Assembly: GCA_051362555.1 (NCBI GenBank)
Contig: CM120643.1
Coordinates: 11,258,644 to 11,322,643, forward strand
Length of the DNA stretch: 64,000 nt
Origin: Lingula anatina
Lineage: Eukaryota; Animalia; Brachiopoda
Reading direction: 5' to 3'
A program made the translations under genes and the position numbers. Below the pieces are notes generated by a model. The model worked only from the letters and a program-made list of their open reading frames with translations, was not told the DNA's origin and made no database searches. This document shows, piece after piece, positions 12,001 to 24,000 of this stretch; positions within the stretch are counted from its first letter, which is position 1; each line of letters opens with the position of its first letter.

Positions 12001-15000
12001 TGTCAACATTAAGGAAGAAATAGAGCAAAAACTCTGTCTCCCCCCCCCCTCTCAGATTCTGTTCCCAGAGCTTATTTTTGGATCATCTTTAAAGCTAGAA
12101 TTGGGGGCCTTGATGAAGTGACCCGGGCGCGTTTCCACATTTTTTATGAATGACAGGTGTGGTAGATTGATTTTGAACTATTGAACTATTGAAAATTTTT
12201 TTTCTTCATTATAGTGTCAGGTAGGTGTGTTCGGTCATTTGTAGTAAGAATAAAGTGCTGGAAGAGTGGTGGTGTCAACATTAAGGAAGAAATAGAGCAA
12301 AAACTCTGTCTCCCCCCCCCCCTCTCAGATTCTGTTCTCAGAGCTTATTTTTGGATCATCTTTAAAGCTAGAATTGGGGGCCTTGATGAAGTGACCCGGG
12401 CGCGTTTCCACATTTTTTATGAATGACAGGTGTGGTAGATTGATTTTCGTCACTTTTTGGAAAAATCGGAGACGGGTCGATTTTTGGTGATTTTGAGTGA
12501 TTTTGAACAGTGCCGGCACTGTGAGATTTCTTCAATTTTGGCCAGGTAGGGATGAAAATTTTTTTTCTTCATTATAGTGTCAGGTAGGTGTGTTCGGTCA
12601 TTTGTAGTAAGAATAAAGTGCTGGAAGAGTGGTGGTGTCAACATTAAGGAAGAAATAGAGCAAAAACTCTGTCTCCACCCCCCCTCTCAGATTCTGTTCC
12701 CAGAGCTTATTTTTGGATCATCTTTAAAGCTAGAATTGGGGGCCTTGATGAAGTGACCCGGGCGCGTTTCCACATTTTTTATGAATGACAGGTGTGGTAG
12801 ATTGATTTTGAACTATTGAACTATTGAAAATTTTTTTTCTTCATTATAGTGTCAGGTAGGTGTGTTCGGTCATTTGTAGTAAGAATAAAGTGCTGGAAGA
12901 GTGGTGGTGTCAACATTAAGGAAGAAATAGAGCAAAAACTCTGTCTCCCCCCCCCCCCCCCTCTCAGATTCTGTTCTCAGAGCTTATTTTTGGATCATCT
13001 TTAAAGCTAGAATTGGGGGCCTTGATGAAGTGACCCGGGCGCGTTTCCACATTTTTTATGAATGACAGGTGTGGTAGATTGATTTTCGTCACTTTTTGGA
13101 AAAATCGGAGACGGATCGATTTTTGGTGATTTTGATTGATTTTGAACAGTGCCGGCACTGTGAGATTTCTTCAATTTTGGCAAGGTAGGGATGAAAATTT
13201 TTTTTCTTCATTATAGTGTCAGGTAGGTGTGTTCGGTCATTTGTAGTAAGAATAAAGTGCTGGAAGAGTGGTGGTGTCAACATTAAGGAAGAAATAGAGC
13301 AAAAACTCTGTCTCCCCCCCCCCTCTCAGATTCTGTTCTCAGAGCTTATTTTTGGATCATCTTTAAAGCTAGAATTGGGGGCCTTGATGAAGTGACCCGG
13401 GCGCGTTTCCACATTTTTTATGAATGACAGGTGTGGTAGATTGATTTTCGTCACTTTTTGGAAAAATCGGAGACGGGTCGATTTTTGGTGATTTTGAGTG
13501 ATTTTGAACAGTGCCGGCACTGTGAGATTTCTTCAATTTTGGCCAGGTAGGGATGAAAATTTTTTTTCTTCATTATAGTGTCAGGTAGGTGTGTTCGGTC
13601 ATTTGTAGTAAGAATAAAGTGCTGGAAGAGTGGTGGTGTCAACATTAAGGAAGAAATAGAGCAAAAACTCTGTCTCCCCCCCCCCCCCCTCTCAGATTCT
13701 GTTCTCAGAGCTTATTTTTGGATCATCTTTAAAGCTAGAATTGGGGGCCTTGATGAAGTGACCCGGGCGCGTTTCCACATTTTTTATGAATGACAGGTGT
13801 GGTAGATTGATTTTCGTCACTTTTTGGAAAAATCGGAGACGGGTCGATTTTTGGTGATTTTGAGTGATTTTGAACAGTGCCGGCACTGTGAGATTTCTTC
13901 AACTTTGGCCAGGTAGGGATGAAAATTTTTTTTCTTCATTATAGTGTCAGGTAGGTGTGTTCGGTCATTTGTAGTAAGAATAAAGTGCTGGAAGAGTGGT
14001 GGTGTCAACATTAAGGAAGAAATAGAGCAAAAACTCTGTCTCCCCCCCCCCCCCCTCTCAGATTCTGTTCTCAGAGCTTATTTTTGGATCATCTTTAAAG
14101 CTAGAATTGGGGGCCTTGATGAAGTGACCCGGGCGCGTTTCCACATTTTTTATGAATGACAGGTGTGGTAGATTGATTTTTGTCACTTTTTGGAAAAATC
14201 GGAGACAGGTCGATTTTTGGTGATTTTGAGTGATTTTGAACAGTGCCGGCACTGTGAGATTTCTTCAATTTTGGCCAGGTAGGGATGAAAATTTTTTTTC
14301 TTCATTATAGTGTCAGGTAGGTGTGTTCGGTCATTTGTAGTAAGAATAAAGTGCTGGAAGAGTGGTGGTGTCAACATTAAGGAAGAAATAGAGCAAAAAC
14401 TCTGTCTCCCCCCCCCCCCTCTCAGATTCTGTTCTCAGAGCTTATTTTTGGATCATCTTTAAAGCTAGAATTGGGGGCCTTGATGAAGTGACCCGGGCGC
14501 GTTTCCACATTTTTTATGAATGACAGGTGTGGTAGATTGATTTTCGTCACTTTTTGGAAAAATCAGAGACGGGTCGATTTTTGGTGATTTTGAGTGATTT
14601 TGAACAGTGCCGGCACTGTGAGATTTCTTCAACTTTGGCCAGGTAGGGATGAAAATTTTTTTTCTTCATTATAGTGTCAGGTAGGTGTGTTCGGTCATTT
14701 GTAGTAAGAATAAAGTGCTGGAAGAGTGGTGGTGTCAACATTAAGGAAGAAATAGAGCAAAAACTCTGTCTCCCCCCCCCCCCTCTCAGATTCTGTTCTC
14801 AGAGCTTATTTTTGGATCATCTTTAAAGCTAGAATTGGGGGCCTTGATGAAGTGACCCGGGCGCGTTTCCACATTTTTTATGAATGACAGGTGTGGTAGA
14901 TTGATTTTTGTCACTTTTTGGAAAAATCGGAGACAGGTCGATTTTTGGTGATTTTGAGTGATTTTGAACAGTGCCGGCATTGTGAGATTTCTTCAATTTT

Positions 15001-18000
15001 GGCCAGGTAGGGATGAAAATTTTTTTTCTTCATTATAGTGTCAGGTAGGTGTGTTCGGTCATTTGTAGTAAGAATAAAGTGCTGGAAGAGTGGTGGTGTC
15101 AACATTAAGGAAGAAATAGAGCAAAAACTCTGTCTCCCCCCCCCCCTCTCAGATTCTGTTCTCAGAGCTTATTTTTGGATCATCTTTAAAGCTAGAATTG
15201 GGGGCCTTGATGAAGTGACCCGGGCGCGTTTCCACATTTTTTATGAATGACAGGTGTGGTAGATTGATTTTCGTCACTTTTTGGAAAAATCGGAGACAGG
15301 TCGATTTTTGGTGATTTTGAGTGATTTTGAACAGTGCCGGCACTGTGAGATTTCTTCAATTTTGGCCAGGTAGGGATGAAAATTTTTTTTCTTCATTATA
15401 GTGTCAGGTAGGTGTGTTCGGTCATTTGTAGTAAGAATAAAGTGCTGGAAGAGTGGTGGTGTCAACATTAAGGAAGAAATAGAGCAAAAACTCTGTCTCC
15501 CCCCCCCTCTCAGATTCTGTTCTCAGAGCTTATTTTTGGATCATCTTTAAAGCTAGAATTGGGGGCCTTGATGAAGTGACCCGGGTGCGTTTCCACATTT
15601 TTTATGAATGACAGGTGTGGTAGATTGATTTTCGTCACTTTTTGGAAAAATCGGAGACGGGTCGATTTTTGGTGATTTTGAGTGATTTTGAACAGTGCCG
15701 GCACTGTGAGATTTCTTCAATTTTGGCCAGGTAGGGATGAAAATTTTTTTTCTTCATTATAGTGTCAGGTAGGTGTGTTCGGTCATTTGTAGTAAGAATA
15801 AAGTGCTGGAAGAGTGGTGGTGTCAACATTAAGGAAGAAATAGAGCAAAAACTCTGTCTCCCCCCCCCCCTCTCAGATTCTGTTCTCACAGCTTATTTTT
15901 GGATCATCTTTAAAGCTAGAATTGGGGGCCTTGATGAAGTGACCCGGGCGCGTTTCCACATTTTTTATGAATGACAGGTGTGGTAGATTGATTTTCGTCA
16001 CTTTTTGGAAAAATCGGAGACGGGTCGATTTTTGGTGATTTTGAGTGATTTTGAACAGTGCCGGCACTGTGAGATTTCTTCAATTTTGGCCAGGTAGGGA
16101 TGAAAATTTTTTTTCTTCATTATAGTGTCAGGTAGGTGTGTTCGGTCATTTGTAGTAAGAATAAAGTGCTGGAAGAGTGGTGGTGTCAACATTAAGGAAG
16201 AAATAGAGCAAAAACTCTGTCTCCACCCCCCCCTCTCAGATTCTGTTCCCAGAGCTTATTTTTGGATCATCTTTAAAGCTAGAATTGGGGGCCTTGATGA
16301 AGTGACCCGGGCGCGTTTCCACATTTTTTATGAATGACAGGTGTGGTAGATTTATTTTGAACTATTGAACTATTGAAAATTTTTTTTCTTCATTATAGTG
16401 TCAGGTAGGTGTGTTCGGTCATTTGTAGTAAGAATAAAGTGCTGGAAGAGTGGTGGTGTCAACATTAAGGAAGAAATAGAGCAAAAACTCTGTCTCCCCC
16501 CCCCCCACTCAGATTCTGTTCTCAGAGCTTATTTTTGGATCATCTTTAAAGCTAGAATTGGGGGCCTTGATGAAGTGACCCGGGCGCGTTTCCACATTTT
16601 TTATGAATGACAGGTGTGGTAGATTGATTTTCGTCACTTTTTGGAAAAATCGGAGACGGGTCGATTTTTGGTGATTTTGAGTGATTTTGAACAGTGCCGG
16701 CACTGTGAGATTTCTTCAATTTTGGCCAGGTAGGGATGAAAATTTTTTTTCTTCATTATAGTGTCAGGTAGGTGTGTTCGGTCATTTGTAGTAAGAATAA
16801 AGTGCTGGAAGAGTGGTGGTGTCAACATTAAGGAAGAAATAGAGCAAAAACTCTGTCTCCCCCCCCCCCCCTCTCAGATTCTGTTCTCAGAGCTTATTTT
16901 TGGATCATCTTTAAAGCTAGAATTGGGGGCCTTGATGAAGTGACCCGGGCGCGTTTCCACATTTTTTATGAATGACAGGTGTGGTAGATTGATTTTCGTC
17001 ACTTTTTGGAAAAATCAGAGACGGGTCGATTTTTGGTGATTTTGATTGATTTTGAACAGTGCCGGCACTGTGAGATTTCTTCAATTTTGGCCAGGTAGGG
17101 ATGAAAATTTTTTTTCTTCATTATAGTGTCAGGTAGGTGTGTTCGGTCATTTGTAGTAAGAATAAAGTGCTGGAAGAGTGGTGGTGTCAACATTAAGGAA
17201 GAAATAGAGCAAAAACTCTGTCTCCCCCCCCCCTCTCAGATTCTGTTCTCAGAGCTTATTTTTGGATCATCTTTAAAGCTAGAATTGGGGGCCTTGATGA
17301 AGTGACCCGGGCGCGTTTCCACATTTTTTATGAATAACAGGTGTGGTAGATTGATTTTCGTCACTTTTTGGAAAAATCGGAGACGGGTCGATTTTTGGTG
17401 ATTTTGAGTAATTTTGAACAGTGCCGGCACTGTGAGATTTCTTCAATTTTGGCCAGGTAGGGATGAAAATTTTTTTTCTTCATTATAGTGTCAGGTAGGT
17501 GTGTTCGGTCATTTGTAGTAAGAATAAAGTGCTGGAAGAGTGGTGGTGTCAACATTAAGGAAGAAATAGAGCAAAAACTCTGACTCCCCCCCCCTCTCAG
17601 ATTCTGTTCTCAGAGCTTATTTTTGGATCATCTTTAAAGCTAGAATTGGGGGCCTTGATGAAGTGACCCGGGCGCGTTTCCACATTTTTTATGAATGACA
17701 GGTGTGGTAGATTGATTTTCGTCACTTTTTGGAAAAATCGGTGACGGGTCGATTTTTGGTGATTTTGAGTGATTTTGAACAGTGCCGGCACTGTGAGATT
17801 TCTTCAATTTTGGCCAGGTAGGGATGAAAATTTTTTTTCTTCATTATAGTGTCAGGTAGGTGTGTTCGGTCATTTGTAGTAAGAATAAAGTGCTGGAAGA
17901 GTGGTGGTGTCAACATTAAGGAAGAAATAGAGCAAAAACTCTGTCTCCCCCCCCCCCCCCTCTCAGATTCTGTTCTCAGAGCTTATTTTTGGATCATCTT

Positions 18001-21000
18001 TAAAGCTAGAATTGGGGGCCTTGATGAAGTGACCCGGGCGCGTTTCCACATTTTTTATGAATGACAGGTGTGGTACATTGATTTTCGTCACTTTTTGGAA
18101 AAATCGGAGACGGGTCGATTTTTGGTGATTTTGAGTGATTTTGAACAGTGCCGGCACTGTGAGATTTCTTCAATTTTGGCCAGGTAGGGATGAAAATTTT
18201 TTTTCTTCATTATAGTGTCAGGTAAGTGTGTTCGGTCATTTGTAGTAAGAATAAAGTGCTGGAAGAGTGGTGGTGTCAACATTAAGGAAGAAATAGAGCA
18301 AAAACTCTGTCTCCCCCCCCCCCCTCTCAGATTCTGTTCTCAGAGCATATTTTTGGATCATCTTTAAAGCTTGAATTGGGGGCCTTGATGAAGTGACCCG
18401 GGCGCGTTTCCACATTTTTTATGAATGACAGGTGTGGTAGATTGATTTTCGTCACTTTTTGGAAAAATCAGAGACGGGTCGATTTTTGGTGATTTTGAGT
18501 GATTTTGAACAGTGCCGGCACTGTGAGATTTCTTCAATTTTGGCCAGGTAGGGATGAAAATTTTTTTTCTTCATTATAGTGTCAGGTAGGTGTGTTCGGT
18601 CATTTGTAGTAAGAATAAAGTGCTGGAAGAGTGGTGGTGTCAACATTAAGGAAGAAATAGAGCAAAAACTCTGTCTCCACCCCCCCTCTCAGATTCTGTT
18701 TTCAGAGCTTATTTTTGGATCATCTTTAAAGCTAGAATTGGGGGCCTTGATGAAGTGACCTGGGCGCGTTTCCACATTTTTTATGAATGACAGGTGTGGT
18801 AGATTGATTTTTGTCACTTTTTGGAAAAATCGGAGACAGGTCGATTTTTGGTGATTTTGAGTGATTTTGAACAGTGCCGGCACTGTGAGATTTCTTCAAT
18901 TTTGGCCAGGTAGGGATGAAAATTTTTTTTCTTCATTATAGTGTCAGGTAGGTGTGTTCGGTCATTTGTAGTAAGAATAAAGTGCTGGAAGAGTGGTGGT
19001 GTCAACATTAAGGAAGAAATAGAGCAAAAACTCTGTCTCCCCCCCCCCCCTCTCAGATTCTGTTCTCAGAGCTTATTTTTGGATCATCTTTAAAGCTAGA
19101 ATTGGGGGCCTTGATGAAGTGACCCGGGCGCGTTTCCACATTTTTTATGAATGACAGGTGTGGTAGATTGATTTTCGTCACTTTTTGGAAAAATCGGAGA
19201 CGGGTCGATTTTTGGTGATTTTGAGTGATTTTGAACAGTGCCGGCACTGTGAGATTTCTTCAATTTTGGCCAGGTAGGGATGAAAATTTTTTTTCTTCAT
19301 TATAGTGTCAGGTAGGTGTGTTCGGTCATTTGTAGTAAGAATAAAGTGCTGGAAGAGTGGTGGTGTCAACATTAAGGAAGAAATAGAGCAAAAACTCTGT
19401 CTCCCCCCCCTCTCAGATTCTGTTCTCAGAGCTTATTTTTGGATCATCTTTAAAGCTAGAATTGGGGGCCTTGATGAAGTGACCCGGGCGCGTTTCCACA
19501 TTTTTTATGAATGACAGGTGTGGTAGATTGATTTTCGTCACTTTTTGGAAAAATCGGAGACGGGTCGATTTTTGGTGATTTTGAGTGATTTTGAACAGTG
19601 CCGGCACTGTGAGATTTCTTCAATTTTGGCCAGGTAGGGATGAAAATTTTTTTTCTTCATTATAGTGTCAGGTAGGTGTGTTCGGTCATTTGTAGTAAGA
19701 ATAAAGTGCTGGAAGAGTGGTGGTGTCAACATTAAGGAAGAAATAGAGCAAAAACTCTGTCTCCCCCCCCCCCCTCTCAGATTCTGTTCTCAGAGCTTAT
19801 TTTTGGATCATCTTTAAAGCTAGAATTGGGGGCCTTGATGAAGTGACCCGGGCGCGTTTCCACATTTTTTATGAATGACAGGTGTGGTAGATTGATTTTC
19901 GTCACTTTTTGGAAAAATCAGAGACGGGTCGATTTTTGGTGATTTTGAGTGATTTTGAACAGTGCCGGCACTGTGAGATTTCTTCAATTTTGGCCAGGTA
20001 GGGATGAAAATTTTTTTTCTTCATTATAGTGTCAGGTAGGTGTGTTCGGTCATTTGTAGTAAGAATAAAGTGCTGGAAGAGTGGTGGTGTCAACATTAAG
20101 GAAGAAATAGAGCAAAAACTCTGTCTCCACCCCCCCTCTCAGATTCTGTTCTCAGAGCTTATTTTTGGATCATCTTTAAAGCTAGAATTGGGGGCCTTGA
20201 TGAAGTGACCCGGGCGCGTTTCCACATTTTTTATGAATGACAGGTGTGGTAGATTGATTTTTGTCACTTTTTGGAAAAATCGGAGACAGGTCGATTTTTG
20301 GTGATTTTGAGTGATTTTGAACAGTGCCGGCACTGTGAGATTTCTTCAATTTTGGCCAGGTAGGGATGAAAATTTTTTTTCTTCATTATAGTGTCAGGTA
20401 GGTGTGTTCGGTCATTTGTAGTAAGAATAAAGTGCTGGAAGAGTGGTGGTGTCAACATTAAGGAAGAAATAGAGCAAAAACTCTGTCTCCCCCCCCCCCT
20501 CTCAGATTCTGTTCTCAGAGCTTATTTTTGGATCATCTTTAAAGCTAGAATTGGGGGCCTTGATGAAGTGACCCGGGCGCGTTTCCACATTTTTTATGAA
20601 TGACAGGTGTGGTAGATTGATTTTCGTCACTTTTTGGAAAAATCGGAGACGGGTCGATTTTTGGTGATTTTGAGTGATTTTGAACAGTGCCGGCACTGTG
20701 AGATTTCTTCAATTTTGGCCAGGTAGGGATGAAAATTTTTTTTCTTCATTATAGTGTCAGGTAGGTGTGTTCGGTCATTTGTAGTAAGAATAAAGTGCTG
20801 GAAGAGTGGTGGTGTCAACATTAAGGAAGAAATAGAGCAAAAACTCTGTCTCCCCCCCCCCTCTCAGATTCTGTTCTCAGAGCTTATTTTTGGATCATCT
20901 TTAAAGCTAGAATTGGGGGCCTTGATGAAGTGACCCGGGCGCGTTTCCACATTTTTTATGAATGACAGGTGTGGTAGATTGATTTTGAACTATTGAACTA

Positions 21001-24000
21001 TTGAAAATTTTTTTTCTTCATTATAGTGTCAGGTAGGTGTGTTCGGTCATTTGTAGTAAGAATAAAGTGCTGGAAGAGTGGTGGTGTCAACATTAAGGAA
21101 GAAATAGAGCAAAAACTCTGTCTCCCCCCCCCCTCTCAGATTCTGTTCTCAGAGCTTATTTTTGGATCATCTTTAAAGCTAGAATTGGGGGCCTTGATGA
21201 AGTGACCCGGGCGCGTTTCCACATTTTTTATGAATGACAGGTGTGGTAGATTGATTTTCGTCACTTTTTGGAAAAATCGGAGACGGGTTGATTTTTGGTG
21301 ATTTTGAGTGATTTTGAACAGTGCCGGCACTGTGAGATTTCTTCAATTTTGGCCAGGTAGGGATGAAAATTTTTTTTCTTCATTATAGTGTCAGGTAGGT
21401 GTGTTCGGTCATTTGTAGTAAGAATAAAGTGCTGGAAGAGTGGTGGTGTCAACATTAAGGAAGAAATAGAGCAAAAACTCTGTCTCCCCCCCCCCCCCCC
21501 CTCTCAGATTCTGTTCTCACAGCTTATTTTTGGATCATCTTTAAAGCTAGAATTGGGGGCCTTGATGAAGTGACCCGGGCGCGTTTCCACATTTTTTATG
21601 AATGACAGGTGTGGTAGATTGATTTTCGTCACTTTTTGGAAAAATCGGAGACGGGTCGATTTTTGGTGATTTTGAGTGATTTTGAACAGTGCCGGCACTG
21701 TGAGATTTCTTCAATTTTGGCCAGGTAGGGATGAAAATTTTTTTTCTTCATTATAGTGTCAGGTAGGTGTGTTCGGTCATTTGTAGTAAGAATAAAGTGC
21801 TGGAAGAGTGGTGGTGTCAACATTAAGGAAGAAATAGAGCAAAAACTCTGTCTCCCCCCCCCTCTCAGATTCTGTTCCCAGAGCTTATTTTTGGATCATC
21901 TTTAAAGCTAGAATTGGGGGCCTTGATGAAGTGACCCGGGCGCGTTTCCACATTTTTTATGAATGACAGGTGTGGTAGATTGATTTTGAACTATTGAACT
22001 ATTGAAAATTTTTTTTCTTCATTATAGTGTCAGGTAGGTGTGTTCGGTCATTTGTAGTAAGAATAAAGTGCTGGAAGAGTGGTGGTGTCAACATTAAGGA
22101 AGAAATAGAGCAAAAACTCTGTCTCCCCCCCCCCCCTCTCAGATTCTGTTCTCAGAGCTTATTTTTGGATCATCTTTAAAGCTAGAATTGGGGGCCTTGA
22201 TGAAGTGACCCGGGCGCGTTTCCACATTTTTTATGAATGACAGGTGTGGTAGATTGATTTTCGTCACTTTTTGGAAAAATCGGAGACGGGTCGATTTTTG
22301 GTGATTTTGAGTGATTTTGAACAGTGCCGGCACTGTGAGATTTCTTCAATTTTGGCCAGGTAGGGATGAAAATTTTTTTTCTTCATTATAGTGTCAGGTA
22401 GGTGTGTTCGGTCATTTGTAGTAAGAATAAAGTGCTGGAAGAGTGGTGGTGTCAACATTAAGGAAGAAATAGAGCAAAAACTCTGTCTCCCCCCCCCCCC
22501 TCTCAGATTCTGTTCTCAGAGCTTATTTTTGGATCATCTTTAAAGCTAGAATTGGGGGCCTTGATGAAGTGACCCGGGCGCGTTTCCACATTTTTTATGA
22601 ATGACAGGTGTGGTAGATTGATTTTCGTCACTTTTTGGAAAAATCGGAGACGGGTCGATTTTTGGTGATTTTGATTGATTTTGAACAGTGCCGGCACTGT
22701 GAGATTTCTTCAATTTTGGCCAGGTAGGGATGAAAATTTTTTTTCTTCATTATAGTGTCAGGTAGGTGTGTTCGGTCATTTGTAGTAAGAATAAAGTGCT
22801 GGAAGAGTGGTGGTGTCAACATTAAGGAAGAAATAGAGCAAAAACTCTGTCTCCCCCCCCCCCCTCTCAGATTCTGTTCTCAGAGCTTATTTTTGGATCA
22901 TCTTTAAAGCTAGAATTGGGGGCCTTGATGAAGTGACCCGGGCACGTTTCCACATTTTTTATGAATGACAGGTGTGGTAGATTGATTTTCGTCACTTTTT
23001 GGAAAAATCGGAGACGGGTCGATTTTTGGTGATTTTGAGTGATTTTGAACAGTGCCGGCACTGTGAGATTTCTTCAATTTTGGCCAGGTAGGGATGAAAT
23101 TTTTTTTTCTTCATTATAGTGTCAGGTAGGTGTGTTCGGTCATTTGTAGTAAGAATAAAGTGCTGGAAGAGTGGTGGTGTCAACATTAAGGAAGAAATAG
23201 AGCAAAAACTCTGTCTCCCCCCCCCCCCCTCTCAGATTCTGTTCTCAGAGCTTATTTTTGGATCATCTTTAAAGCTAGAATTGGGGGCCTTGATGAAGTG
23301 ACCCGGGCGCGTTTCCACATTTTTTATGAATGACAGGTGTGGTAGATTGATTTTCGTCACTTTTTGGAAAAATCGGAGACGGGTCGATTTTTGGTGATTT
23401 TGAGTGATTTTGAACAGTGCCGGCACTGTGAGATTTCTTCAATTTTGGCCAGGTAGGGATGAAAATTTTTTTTCTTCATTATAGTGTCAGGTAGGTGTGT
23501 TCGGTCATTTGTAGTAAGAATAAAGTGCTGGAAGAGTGGTGGTGTCAACATTAAGGAAGAAATAGAGCAAAAACTCTGTCTCCCCCCCCCCTCTCAGATT
23601 CTGTTCTCAGAGCTTATTTTTGGATCATCTTTAAAGCTAGAATTGGGGGCCTTGATGAAGTGACCCGGGCGCGTTTCCACATTTTTTATGAATGACAGGT
23701 GTGGTAGATTGATTTTCGTCACTTTTTGGAAAAATCGGAGACGGGTCGATTTTTGGTGATTTTGAGTGATTTTGAACAGTGCCGGCACTGTGAGATTTCT
23801 TCAATTTTGGCCAGGTAGGGATGAAAATTTTTTTTCTTCATTATAGTGTCAGATAGGTGTGTTCGGTCATTTGTAGTAAGAATAAAGTGCTGGAAGAGTG
23901 GTGGTGTCAACATTAAGGAAGAAATAGAGCAAAAACTCTGTCTCCCCCCCCCTCTCAGATTCTGTTCTCAGAGCTTATTTTTGGATCATCTTTAAAGCTA

